The notes below the pieces were generated by a model. The model was given only the letters and a program-made list of their open reading frames with translations. It did not search any database and had not been told where the DNA came from. This document shows positions 47,979-58,107 of a stretch of DNA of 64,000 bases, piece by piece. Numbering within the stretch: position 1 is the stretch's first letter; each line of letters opens with the position of its first letter. The translations under genes were made by a program, and so were the position numbers. The DNA comes from an uncultured Verrucomicrobiae bacterium (GTDB taxonomy: Bacteria > Verrucomicrobiota > Verrucomicrobiia > Palsa-1439): the NCBI GenBank assembly GCA_963812605.1, contig CAWEWF010000004.1:64001-128000 (forward strand). The letters are read 5' to 3'.

Positions 47979-48527
47979 CTAGAACAAACAAATCGCGGCG
48001 GTGATCACGGTGGAATACTGGCCTTGGGGATGGCCGACCGCGGTCTGCGTGCAATTGCTGGTACGCACGATCTTACCGCTCATCCGGAAAACCTGTTCTT
48101 TTTCGTCCCAACTGCCATCTTCGTTGAATTCCACGCCGAGCGTCGTCCCCAGCATGGCCGCCGCCATGTCCTCGGAGAAATTGCCGGCAGTTGTGTCGTT
48201 CATGCCATAGGCGTGAAGCTCGCTCAGGTAGCCATAGGCGTCCTCATCGGCGGGCTGTGCCACGCCGATCGACGCGGCGATAAGCCGGTGCGGTTCGTTG
48301 GTGGAAATGCGCGCGATCACCGCAAAAGTGATCTGCCCCGGTTGCAGCAACTGTTCGCCCTGCTTGCGCGAGATGATCTTGCAGCGTGGCGGCAGGATGC
48401 TCGAGACGGTCACGAGGTTGCACTTTTCGATGCCCGCGTCTCGTAGTGCCAATTCGAAACTGCGCAGCTCGTGCTTGTGGGTTCCGACACCTTTGGTCAA
48501 AAAAATCTTCGATGGAACAAAATGCAT
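47979..48527 (-). CDS. pdaD: Pyruvoyl-dependent arginine decarboxylase
   Basis: [25 protein letters not shown] with the Ser-Ser autocleavage site; YGYLSE. Confidence 0.9.
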   Translation of the reverse strand: MHFVPSKIFLTKGVGTHKHELRSFELALRDAGIEKCNLVTVSSILPPRCKIISRKQGEQLLQPGQITFAVIARISTNEPHRLIAASIGVAQPADEDAYGYLSELHAYGMNDTTAGNFSEDMAAAMLGTTLGVEFNEDGSWDEKEQVFRMSGKIVRTSNCTQTAVGHPQGQYSTVITAAICLF

Positions 48528-48562
48528 GTGGTTGTTTCTCGCCTCCGGGCGGAAGAGAAACA

Positions 48563-48588
48563 AATTTCTTGCAGCAATGCAAGAAATT
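48563..48588. promoter_or_regulatory. Perfect 11-bp palindrome between divergent pdaD and aguB
   Basis: AATTTCTTGCA-GCAA-TGCAAGAAATT. Confidence 0.7.
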
Positions 48589-48614
48589 CATCATGGTTCT
48601 GACGGATTTTTCAC

Positions 48615-49490
48615 ATGCCGCCCCGGACACATATCGTCACTATTGGCCTCATTCAGATGCGGTGCACATCCCAACCACAGGCGAATCTGCGGAAAGGACT
48701 CGCTCTCGTCGCGAAGGCTGCCCGTCGCGGCGCCCGGATTATCTGCCTGCCGGAACTCTTTCGCTCGCTCTACTTCTGCCAGACGGAAGACCACCGCCAG
48801 TTCGCGCTCGCCGAACCGATTCCCGGTCCGACGACGGCCGCACTCGCGAAAGCCGCGCGCCAGCACCGCGTCACTGTCGTCGGATCGATTTTCGAGAAGC
48901 GCTCGGCAGGTGTTTACCACAACACCGCCGTCGTTCTCGACGCCCACGGGAAGCTTGTGGGCAAGTACCGGAAGATGCACATTCCCGACGACCCGCTGTA
49001 TTACGAGAAATTCTATTTCGCGCCCGGCGATCTCGGGTTTCAATCGTTCGCAACGAAGCACGCCAGCATCGGCACGCTCATCTGCTGGGACCAATGGTAT
49101 CCAGAAGGCGCGCGGCTCACCGCGCTAAAAGGCGCGCAAATCCTTTTCTATCCGACGGCAATCGGTTGGCACCGAAACGAGAAAAAACAATTTGGAAAGA
49201 AACAGCATGAAGCGTGGGTGACGATCCAGCGTTCCCATGCCATCGCCAATGGCGTGTTCGTAGCTGCCTCCAACCGCATCGGGCTGGAAGGCACAGTGCA
49301 GTTCTGGGGCGGTTCGTTCGTGTGCGACCCGTTCGGTGAGGTGATTGCCGAGGCAAGCCACGACCAGGAGGAAGTGCTCCTGGCAAAATGTGACCTTCGC
49401 AAGGTGGAGGAAACGCGCCAGCATTGGCCGTTCCTTCGCGACCGACGGATCGACGCCTACAGCGGGATCACGCAGCGTTTGCTCGACTGA
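48615..49490 (+). CDS. aguB: N-carbamoylputrescine amidase (nitrilase family)
   Basis: LPELF, YRKMHIPDDP.YYEKFYF, ICWDQWYPE, PTAIGW; adjacent to aguA. Confidence 0.9.
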   Translation: MPPRTHIVTIGLIQMRCTSQPQANLRKGLALVAKAARRGARIICLPELFRSLYFCQTEDHRQFALAEPIPGPTTAALAKAARQHRVTVVGSIFEKRSAGVYHNTAVVLDAHGKLVGKYRKMHIPDDPLYYEKFYFAPGDLGFQSFATKHASIGTLICWDQWYPEGARLTALKGAQILFYPTAIGWHRNEKKQFGKKQHEAWVTIQRSHAIANGVFVAASNRIGLEGTVQFWGGSFVCDPFGEVIAEASHDQEEVLLAKCDLRKVEETRQHWPFLRDRRIDAYSGITQRLLD

Positions 49491-50521
49491 TGGCTGCGAA
49501 CACTCCACGCGAACTCGGCTATCGCATGCCCGCTGAATGGGAGCCGCACGCGGCCACCTGGCTGAGTTGGCCACGCCCTGACGGCATCAGTTTTCCCGAC
49601 CGCTATTCCGAGGCGCTCCCGACGCTGGGCAAGATGGTCCGGACGCTCGCCCCGCATGAACGCGTCGACATCAACGTCCGCAACGAAGAGGTCGAAGCCA
49701 TTGCCCGCCAGGCAATCGGTGACACGGAAAATGTCTTCTACCACCACATTCCCTCATACGAACCCTGGTGTCGCGACCATGGACCCGTCTTCGTGAAGCG
49801 CGACCGCGAACTCGCCATCGTGGACTGGGACTACAACGCGTGGGGCAGCAAATACCCGCCGTACGACGATGATGATGCGGTACCCCGGCGCGTCGCCGAG
49901 TTATTGGGTGTGCCGGTTTTCAACCCCGGCATTGTAATGGAGGGCGGCGCGCTCGACGTCAACGGCGCAGGGACATTGCTGACGACCGAATCCTGCCTGC
50001 TCAATCCCAATCGCAACCCGGGTCTCAATAAGCAGCAAATCGAGCAGCATCTTCGCGAGTATCTCGGGGTTACCAATACATTGTGGCTGGGGGACGGGAT
50101 CGCTGGGGATGATACAGACGGACACGTGGACGATCTGGCGCGGTTCGTCAATTCAACCACGGTCGTCACGGTTGTCGAGCCGGATCCACAAGATGATAAT
50201 TACTGGCCCCTGCAGGAAAATCGGAAACGGCTCCGCTCCATGCGCGACCAGGATGGAAAGCCCTTGCAGGTCGTCGAGTTGCCGATGCCAGGTGTGATTG
50301 AATACGATCATCAGCGATTGCCGGCAAGCTACGCCAATTTCTATATCGCAAATGGTGTGGTACTGCTGCCAACCTATCGGAACCAGAAAACCGATGCGGT
50401 TGCAACGGAAACACTACAAAAACTTTTTACAAGCCGACGCGTAGTGAGCATCGACAGCACAAATCTCATTTGGGGGCTCGGATCCTTCCACTGCCTCACA
50501 CAGCAACAGCCCGCGACCTAG
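49490..50521 (+). CDS. aguA: Agmatine deiminase
   Basis: MPAEWEPH, WCRDHGP, EGG, DDTDGHVDD, SYANF, GSFHCLTQQQP. Confidence 0.93.
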   Translation: MAANTPRELGYRMPAEWEPHAATWLSWPRPDGISFPDRYSEALPTLGKMVRTLAPHERVDINVRNEEVEAIARQAIGDTENVFYHHIPSYEPWCRDHGPVFVKRDRELAIVDWDYNAWGSKYPPYDDDDAVPRRVAELLGVPVFNPGIVMEGGALDVNGAGTLLTTESCLLNPNRNPGLNKQQIEQHLREYLGVTNTLWLGDGIAGDDTDGHVDDLARFVNSTTVVTVVEPDPQDDNYWPLQENRKRLRSMRDQDGKPLQVVELPMPGVIEYDHQRLPASYANFYIANGVVLLPTYRNQKTDAVATETLQKLFTSRRVVSIDSTNLIWGLGSFHCLTQQQPAT

Positions 50522-50536
50522 GGATCGGCTCCGAAA

Positions 50537-50713
50537 CTACGGCCCGAATCCGTCATTGACGGTCGTAACCATATTGTTCGTCTTGCCACCGATGCCTTGC
50601 AGAATTGCTATCGCTATAATCGAGACCAGCACGAGGATGACGGCGTACTCTGTAAGAGTTGCGCCTGGCTTTGCCCTCAGCTTTCTGAGTAACCTTTGTT
50701 GTCTTCTGTTCAT
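50537..50713 (-). CDS. Flp family type IVb pilin (58 aa, below the ORF-track cutoff)
   Basis: MNRRQQRLLRKLRAKPG/ATLTEYAVILVLVSIIAIAILQGIGGKTNNMVTTVNDGFGP: basic leader, G|xxxxEY motif, hydrophobic helix; AAGGGA SD. Confidence 0.88.
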   Translation of the reverse strand: MNRRQQRLLRKLRAKPGATLTEYAVILVLVSIIAIAILQGIGGKTNNMVTTVNDGFGP

Positions 50714-50909
50714 TTAATCCCTTACCAGCACTCCATCCCCAAGCCGCCCCAATTATACAGCCTCTCGCGAGGATTGCCAACAAATTCGATGCGTTTTGTT
50801 TGAAAGTCATTCTTGGCCATCGTAACAAGAACAAGTCCTAACAGCTTAGGGCCCAATATCTTGTCGCTGTTCCGAACAAGCAATGGGTTACCACCTCGGA
50901 AAAGAAATA

Positions 50910-51323
50910 TCACGAGCGAGCGGCCATTTTACATAGCTTCTGCCATCGCGAATCGCTGACGGGCATCACGCTGAGTCGCCCCATTCGAACCAGCTCAAAA
51001 TCCTGAAAAGCTTGGCTGGCTTTGATCTCAGCCAGCGTGATCGGCCGAGGCAATCGCTCTCGCGCTTTCAGATCGACTACCATCATTTTCGGGTCATTCT
51101 CCCGTGGGTTAGGATAGGGATCGCTTGCCACTTCGGCGGTACCGATAATTTGCCTCTCGTCTCCAGTGTGGTAAATAAAGACCAGGTCGCCGCGTTTCAT
51201 TGACCGCAGATGTTTCAGAGCCAGGGGGTTCGCGACACCATCCCATACCGCGCGCTTCTCGCGCTCCAAATCACTAAACGAATACGTGCTTGGTTCTGTC
51301 TTCAATAACCAGTGGTTCGGCAT
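50910..51323 (-). CDS. EVE domain protein
   Basis: WLLKTEPSTYS, WDGV.N, M..GD..FIYHTG, RLSVMPV. Confidence 0.92.
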   Translation of the reverse strand: MPNHWLLKTEPSTYSFSDLEREKRAVWDGVANPLALKHLRSMKRGDLVFIYHTGDERQIIGTAEVASDPYPNPRENDPKMMVVDLKARERLPRPITLAEIKASQAFQDFELVRMGRLSVMPVSDSRWQKLCKMAARS

Positions 51324-51352
51324 GTCCCATCGCCTCGTCTTCCTACCTTCGT

Positions 51353-53938
51353 TCAGGCGCGCTCGAACACCAGCGCCCCCGCCTGCTTCTTGTCCACATC
51401 CACGTTAATCTTGTCGCCTTCCTCGAATCTGCCGGAGAGGATCTCCATCGAGAGCGCATCCAGAATCCTTTTTTGGATAACACGCTTGAGCGGACGCGCG
51501 CCAAAGACCGGATCGTAACCCTCGCGCGCGATCAACTCTTTCGCCGCATCACTAACGCGGAGCGTAATGTTTTGGTCCGCGAGCCGCTTCTCGACGCGCC
51601 TGAGCTGGATCTCCACAATCCGCTGGATGTCCTCCCGGGTCAGTTGCTGAAACAGCACGATCTCATCCACGCGGTTGAGAAACTCAGGGCGAAAATGCGC
51701 GCGCAAGTCATCCATGACTTGTTGCCGCACCGTTTCGCTATCCGCTCGTCGCTCGGCGAAATACCGCGAGCCAAGATTACTGGTCATGATAATAACCGCA
51801 TTCTTGAAGTCCACGATCCGACCCTGCCCGTCCGTCAATCGTCCGTCGTCAAGGACCTGCAGCATCACATTGAATACATCGTGATGCGCCTTCTCAATCT
51901 CATCGAAGAGCACCACCGAATAGGGACGGCGTCGCACCGCTTCCGTCAATTGGCCGCCCTCTTCATATCCAACGTAACCCGGGGGCGCGCCAAGGAGCCG
52001 CGCAACCGTGTGTTTCTCCATGTACTCACTCATGTCGATGCGCACCATCGCGTTTTCGTCGTCGAAGAGAAACTCCGCCAGCGCGCGGGCCAGCTCCGTT
52101 TTGCCCACACCGGTCGGCCCGAGGAAGATAAACGAGCCCACGGGCCGATGGGGATCCTGCAGCCCGCTGCGCGCGCGGCGCACGGCATTCGACACGGCCA
52201 CAATCGCCTCCTTCTGTCCCACCACTCGCTGGCGCAGCCGTTCCTCCATATGAACCAGCTTCTCGCGCTCGCCCTCGACCAGCCGCGACACTGGAATGCC
52301 CGTCCACGTTGCCACGACCTTGGCCACGTCCTCCTCCGTGACCTCTTCGGTCAGCATTTTTCCAGTTTTTTGGAGCTTCGCCAGTTTCGCATCGGCCTCT
52401 TGAAGTTTCTTCTCCAACTCCGGCAGCCGCCCGTATTGGATCTCGCTGGCCTTTCCCAGATTCCCCTCGCGTTTCGCCTGCTCGATCTCCTCCTTCGACA
52501 TTTCCAGGGCTGACTTCAAGCTGCGAATCTCATCGACCACGCCCTTCTCATTCTGCCATTGCGTTTTCAGCTTCTTACCCTGCTCCTGGAGGTCGGCGAG
52601 TTCCTTCTCGAGCTTCTGCAAGCGCTCCTGGCTGACTTTGTCCCTCTCTTTCTTCAACGCCGCGCGCTCGATCTCCAATTGCATGACGCGCCGCTCAATC
52701 TGGTCGATTTCGGCCGGCAGGGAATCCAACTCGATCCGCAACCGCGAGGCCGCTTCGTCGATCAAGTCAATCGCCTTGTCCGGCAGGAACCGGTCCGCAA
52801 TGTAACGCTGTGAGAGGACGGCGGCGCTGACGAGCGCGCTGTCCTGGATGCGTACCCCATGGTGTACCTCGTAGCGTTCCTTCAATCCGCGCAGAATCGC
52901 AATCGTGTCTTCCACGGATGGTTCACCCACGAAAACCGGCTGAAACCGCCGCTCCAGCGCGGGATCTTTCTCGATATACTTGCGGTACTCGTCCAGGGTC
53001 GTGGCGCCGATCGTGTGCAGTTCGCCGCGAGCAAGCGCCGGCTTGAGCATGTTGGCCGCGTCCACGGGCGCGCCCTCAGCCTTGCCCGCGCCGACAATTG
53101 TGTGCAACTCGTCGATGAACAGGATGATCCCGCCTTCGCTCGCGATGACCTCCTTCAAGAAGGCCTTGAGCCGATCTTCAAACTCGCCGCGGTATTTTGC
53201 GCCGGCAAGCATCGCGCCAATGTCCATCGCGATCAGCCGCTTGCCCTTGAGACCTTCCGGTACGTCGCCGCTGACGATCCGCCGCGCCAAACCTTCCACG
53301 ATGGCCGTTTTGCCCACACCGGGGTCGCCGATGAGCACCGGATTGTTCTTGGTGCGACGGGAAAGCACCTGCATGACACGACGAATCTCGGTGTCGCGCC
53401 CGATGACCGGATCGAGCTTGCCGCGGCGGGCCTCCTCGGTCAGGTCACGCCCGTATTTGGTGAGCGACTGGTATTTATCCTCTGGATTCTGGTCGGTGAC
53501 TTGCGTGTTGCCCCGGACTTCGCGCAACGCCTTCAAAATGGCGGCGGTGGTCACCCCATACGGTTTGAGGAGGTTCGTTGTCTCAGCGATACCGAGGAGG
53601 ATATGTTCGGTGCTGACGAACTGGTCCTTGAGCTTGTCGGCTTGCGCGAAGGCGGCGTCGAGCGCAATGCGCAACGCTTTCCCGAGATAAATCTGCGTTG
53701 AATCGATGCCACGCACTTGCGGGCGGCGCTTCAACGGATCATCGAGCGAGTGCAAGACCGTATCGGGATTTGCGCCGAGTTTGTCGAGCAACGGACGCAC
53801 GAGTCCATCGGGTTGCTCGATTAGTGCGGATAGCATGTGCTCGCAATCAACCTCCTGGTGGTTGAGTTTTTGCGCCATCTCCTGCGCAGATTGCAGGGCC
53901 TCTTGGGCCTTGATCGTAAGTTTATCGAAGCGAATCAT
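51353..53938 (-). CDS. clpB: ATP-dependent chaperone ClpB
   Basis: Two AAA+ modules ([16 protein letters not shown]) and a long coiled-coil M domain with ASEIQYG. Confidence 0.97.
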   Translation of the reverse strand: MIRFDKLTIKAQEALQSAQEMAQKLNHQEVDCEHMLSALIEQPDGLVRPLLDKLGANPDTVLHSLDDPLKRRPQVRGIDSTQIYLGKALRIALDAAFAQADKLKDQFVSTEHILLGIAETTNLLKPYGVTTAAILKALREVRGNTQVTDQNPEDKYQSLTKYGRDLTEEARRGKLDPVIGRDTEIRRVMQVLSRRTKNNPVLIGDPGVGKTAIVEGLARRIVSGDVPEGLKGKRLIAMDIGAMLAGAKYRGEFEDRLKAFLKEVIASEGGIILFIDELHTIVGAGKAEGAPVDAANMLKPALARGELHTIGATTLDEYRKYIEKDPALERRFQPVFVGEPSVEDTIAILRGLKERYEVHHGVRIQDSALVSAAVLSQRYIADRFLPDKAIDLIDEAASRLRIELDSLPAEIDQIERRVMQLEIERAALKKERDKVSQERLQKLEKELADLQEQGKKLKTQWQNEKGVVDEIRSLKSALEMSKEEIEQAKREGNLGKASEIQYGRLPELEKKLQEADAKLAKLQKTGKMLTEEVTEEDVAKVVATWTGIPVSRLVEGEREKLVHMEERLRQRVVGQKEAIVAVSNAVRRARSGLQDPHRPVGSFIFLGPTGVGKTELARALAEFLFDDENAMVRIDMSEYMEKHTVARLLGAPPGYVGYEEGGQLTEAVRRRPYSVVLFDEIEKAHHDVFNVMLQVLDDGRLTDGQGRIVDFKNAVIIMTSNLGSRYFAERRADSETVRQQVMDDLRAHFRPEFLNRVDEIVLFQQLTREDIQRIVEIQLRRVEKRLADQNITLRVSDAAKELIAREGYDPVFGARPLKRVIQKRILDALSMEILSGRFEEGDKINVDVDKKQAGALVFERA

Positions 53939-53949
53939 GGGCCGGGTTT

Positions 53950-53979
53950 AGTCTAGCACCGGGACTGTCCTGATGCAAA
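53950..53979 (-). promoter_or_regulatory. Sigma70-like clpB promoter overlapping a degenerate CIRCE-like repeat
   Basis: TTGCAT-N17-TAGACT on the minus strand; plus strand CTAGCACCG-N9-TGATGCAAA. Confidence 0.5.
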
Positions 53980-54006
53980 AACTAACCGGGCGGGCGGGTT
54001 GATGCA

Positions 54007-55051
54007 CTAGGAAGCAGCGGTCAGGCGGGCGCGCAACTCGGCGAGTTGTTGCTCCAACTCGTGGAGCTTGGCGAGCGTCTCAGGAAGACGCTGGATGGCC
54101 GCGTTGACGCGTTTGAATTCCTTGTGAGGCATGGCCGGCGCCCCAAGCATCATTGCGCCGGCGGGCACATCCTTTGTAACACCCGCCTGCGCCATCACGA
54201 TGCTCTTGTCGCCGATGGTCAGATGCCCCGCAACGCCGACCTGGCCCGCGATGGTTACCTGGTTGCCAATAATAGTGCTGCCGGCGATGCCGACCAGTGC
54301 GCAGATCAGACAATGATCGCCGATGGCGCAGTTGTGGCCGATCTGGACGAGGTTGTCGATTTTCGTGCCTTCGCCCACGCGGGTGCGGCCGAAGCGACCA
54401 CGGTCGATGGTCGTGTTGGCGCCGATCTCAACGTCATTCCCAATCTCAACGTGACCAACCTGGGGAATCTTCCGGTGCTTGCCCCCCACCGTCTCAAAGC
54501 CAAAACCGTCCGCGCCTAACACCACCCCACAATGCAGAATCACGCGGTCCCCCACGATTGTCCGTTCCCGCAGGCTGACGCGAGCGTATAACAGGCAATC
54601 CGCGCCCAAACGGCTCTCGTGGCCGATGTAGCTGCCCGCCCCGATGACGGTCCGGTCGCCGATAATAACACCATCTTCAATGACGGCATGCGGTTGAATA
54701 GAGAACGTCTCTCCCAAGTCTGGCCGTGGGTGCGACGATCGCCGTCGGATGGGCACCGGGTTTGTAAGATACCGCGTGTGGCGCAACCTGCGCGGCCAGC
54801 CTGACAAAGGCCTCTGAAGGATTGTCGACACGGATAAGCGCGCCGCCAAATGTTACATCCATGTCCGGGGCAACAATCAGGACGGAAGCGCGCGTCGTTT
54901 TGACAGCGGGTTGGTATTTCGGGCTGGCAACGAAGCTGACATCGCCGGGCACGGCCTCGCGTATGCCCGCGAGACCAGTCACCAACTGCTCGGGGTCGCC
55001 CGCCAGCGCACCCCCCACCATGTGCGCAATATCACGCGCCTTTAGCTGCAC
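54007..55051 (-). CDS. lpxD: UDP-3-O-acylglucosamine N-acyltransferase; frameshift near 54705
   Basis: Hexapeptide repeats, [29 protein letters not shown]. Confidence 0.95.
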
Positions 55052-55053
55052 AT

Positions 55054-55679
55054 TTACTTCTTGTCGTCCTTCTTCTCAACGGGCTTGGGCGTCTCTGCCG
55101 TCTTTGGCTGGTTCTTGTTCAAGACCTTGATGATCTCGTCAGTGATGTCCAGTGAATCCTGGCTATACAAAATGGTCGGGACGGCGTTGGCCGTGTTGCC
55201 CGACTTGTCGAGCACAAGTTGGTAGCCAGCGTCGCGCGATTCCTTGTCAATAACGTCCTGGATTTCCTTGAGGATCGTTTGACGCATGCGCAATTGCTGG
55301 TCCTGGAGGATCTTGCCGTGACCTGTGCGGTAGTCGTCAATATCGCGTTGGATCTTCTGGGTTTCCGCGAGTTTTTCCGAGACAGCCTTGCGCTTTTGGT
55401 CGCGGACCTCGGCGGTGTACTCTGGCTTGTCCTGGTCCTCGCGCAGCTTGTTCAGGTCTTCGATCTCCTTCTTGTAATTGTCGACCATTTCATTGAGTTC
55501 CTTGTTGAAGGACTCGGCCGTATCCTTGATCTTGCCCGAAGCGATGGGTGTCTTGTAGTAATCGGTAAAGACCTTGTTCAGGTCAATCGTGACGATGCGC
55601 CCCCCGGCGCCTGCGCCGACGCGGTGAGCGCCAGCGCCACGAAACTCACGGCCATGAATGCGACAATTGTATTTTTCAT
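55054..55679 (-). CDS. skp: Periplasmic chaperone Skp/OmpH; frameshift in a G-run after the signal peptide
   Basis: MKNTIVAFMAVSFVALALTASAQA signal; IVTIDLNKVF...GYQLVLDKS...DITDEII; lies between bamA and lpxD. Confidence 0.9.
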
Positions 55680-55737
55680 GTTGTTCACGCAACCTTCCCT
55701 TTATTTTTATTCTTGGTAATTTGTGCCGCCCAGTCTA

Positions 55738-58107
55738 TCAGAACTGGTAGCCGACACTAAACTGAATTTTTCCGGTTCTTCCGGACGATTTGTCTGTCAT
55801 GATTGGGTAGCCGTAATCCAGGCGCAACGGCCCAATGGGCAAATTAAGCCGCACCCCCATACCCGCGTCTGATTTCATACCACTAAAGCTAAAATCATAC
55901 GCATTCTGGTACACGTTGCCGATATCAAAAAAGAGGGCCCCGCGCATCCGTTCGACGATCGGATAAGTGTACTCCGCCGTGGCGTTCACAAAACTATTCC
56001 CGCCAATGGGTTGGTTATCGCCGTCTTTCGGGCTGACTTGGCGAAACGCGAAACCACGCAACGTGTTGGCGCCACCAAGGAAGTAACGGTCGAAGATCGG
56101 CACGGGGTCAATCGCGCGCATCACCGTGCTGGTCACCCCGCCGCTGTGCACGGTTTCGATCACATTCGACGCGCTACTGCGGGTTGCGCCAAAGGAATCC
56201 ACCACGCCCGCCGCGCCAACCAATTGCAATACCTGCTTGTCAAAGAATGGAAAATAGAACGACGTCTTGGCGTTCAGTTTGTAATCGGAAACATTGCCTC
56301 CCATCGGCCCGCCAGCCAGTTCCGCGCTCACCTCCGTGCGATTGCCCCGAGTGGTCAGGAACACGCTGTCCCGCGTGTCATAGATGAGCGTTCCCGTGAT
56401 CGAACTACGCGTGTGCGATCCGTCCTGCGACTGCAGTTCCTGGGAAGCGATGTGGTCCACGCTCAAGTCAATGCTCTGAATGCCATATTCGATTCGTCCG
56501 CGGATAAAATCGTTCAAAGCTTTTTCCAGCCACAAATCGATACCGGTCCGCTGTTCGCTGTATTCGGAACTCAAGAAGGAGCTATTATGGTGAAACGCAT
56601 CGAAACCCAGGGACAGTTTCTGGTCGAGGAACCAGGGCTCAACGAACGAGAGGACTTCGTCCTGCCTCTTGAAGCCCACTTGCAGGCGCAAGCGCAGCTT
56701 CTCGCCGCCGCCCGTGAAACTCGGCCAATTGAAAAGATCGAAATTGCCCTGGGTGATCTCGACGAAACCGAGCAGACTGTCGATAGAACTGAATCCCGCG
56801 CCAAAGGTAACCGAACCCGTGCGCTGCTCCTCCAAATTGAGTGCCAAATCCTTGCGGTTCGGCACCTCGGTAGGCTCGGGGGTGGCTTCAACCTTCGAAA
56901 AATAACCGAGGTTCTTGAGGCGTTCGACGCTCCGATCCACTTTCACGGTATCGTAGATCTCCCCCGGGTTGACCGCCAACTCGCGGCGAATCACCTTGTC
57001 CTTCGTCTTGGTGTTACCGCGAATCTCGATCTTCTCAATGTACGTCAATTCCCCTTCGTGGACCGAATACGTCATGTCGATGCGGCCGGTCTCGACGTTC
57101 GGCACGCGAACCGGGCGCACGCTTGTGTCCAGATACCCACGCGTGCCGTAGTAGTCTTCCAGCGCCTTCTGGTCGGCTGCCATGGCCTTGGGCGTAAACG
57201 TTTTCCCCGAGGTCATCTTGACGTGTTTCTCGAGGTCCGCTGTCGGGAAGAGTTTGTTCCCCTCAATCGTGACGGTACCCACCTTGTACTGCGAGCCTTC
57301 GTAAAGATCGATGGTGATCACCATCCACTTGGCGCCGACCCGCTCCGTATGCGTGCCGCGGATTTCCATGTCGATGTAACCGTTGGAGTCATAGTAGTCG
57401 CGAAGTTTATCGAGGTCTTCCTTGAAGTCCTCTTCCTTCAGCACGCCGGTGCTGGCGAACCACGAACCCCACCAGTGGCGCCGCGTCTTCATGATTTTCA
57501 ACAGCCGGTCGTCGGGGAAAGCCTTGTTGCCGGTGAATTTGATCTGCTTGATGAACACCCGTTCGCCTTCATACACCTTGAATTTCAGGATGGCCTTGCC
57601 GGTGTCCTTGTCGATGCTGACTTCGTAGGTAACCTTGCTATCCGGGTAGCCAGCCTTCTGGTAAAGATCCTGCATCTTGCGGGCGTCATCGTGGGCTTTG
57701 CGCTCATCCAGGCTGTCCCCCACTTTCTGGCTGTACTCGCGCTTCAGGCGTTCTTCCTTGAAGCGCTTGTTCCCTTCCATGATGATCTCTTTGATGGTGG
57801 CCTTGCCCTGCACCTGGAAGACCACCCGCACGCCATCCACCACCGGTTCCTCCAGCACCCGCACATCATAGAAGTAACCGGTATTGATCAGGTTGCGGAC
57901 GTCCTGTTCGATCATTTCCCGGGTGCGCGGTTTGCCAACCGCTGTCTGGATATTCGCCATCACCACCGCGCGGTTGACTGTTTCGGGACCGCTGAACCGC
58001 ACTTCGATCTCACGGACAATGGCCTCCTCGGGTGCCTGCGCCCAGGAAAGCGTACTCGGAACAACGGCGGCGAAGAATATGAGGAGTCCCCATTGCAACC
58101 ACCTCAT
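55738..58107 (-). CDS. bamA: Outer membrane protein assembly factor BamA
   Basis: POTRA repeats, GNTKTKDKVIRRE, TLRGF, C-terminal YQF. Confidence 0.96.
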   Translation of the reverse strand: MRWLQWGLLIFFAAVVPSTLSWAQAPEEAIVREIEVRFSGPETVNRAVVMANIQTAVGKPRTREMIEQDVRNLINTGYFYDVRVLEEPVVDGVRVVFQVQGKATIKEIIMEGNKRFKEERLKREYSQKVGDSLDERKAHDDARKMQDLYQKAGYPDSKVTYEVSIDKDTGKAILKFKVYEGERVFIKQIKFTGNKAFPDDRLLKIMKTRRHWWGSWFASTGVLKEEDFKEDLDKLRDYYDSNGYIDMEIRGTHTERVGAKWMVITIDLYEGSQYKVGTVTIEGNKLFPTADLEKHVKMTSGKTFTPKAMAADQKALEDYYGTRGYLDTSVRPVRVPNVETGRIDMTYSVHEGELTYIEKIEIRGNTKTKDKVIRRELAVNPGEIYDTVKVDRSVERLKNLGYFSKVEATPEPTEVPNRKDLALNLEEQRTGSVTFGAGFSSIDSLLGFVEITQGNFDLFNWPSFTGGGEKLRLRLQVGFKRQDEVLSFVEPWFLDQKLSLGFDAFHHNSSFLSSEYSEQRTGIDLWLEKALNDFIRGRIEYGIQSIDLSVDHIASQELQSQDGSHTRSSITGTLIYDTRDSVFLTTRGNRTEVSAELAGGPMGGNVSDYKLNAKTSFYFPFFDKQVLQLVGAAGVVDSFGATRSSASNVIETVHSGGVTSTVMRAIDPVPIFDRYFLGGANTLRGFAFRQVSPKDGDNQPIGGNSFVNATAEYTYPIVERMRGALFFDIGNVYQNAYDFSFSGMKSDAGMGVRLNLPIGPLRLDYGYPIMTDKSSGRTGKIQFSVGYQF

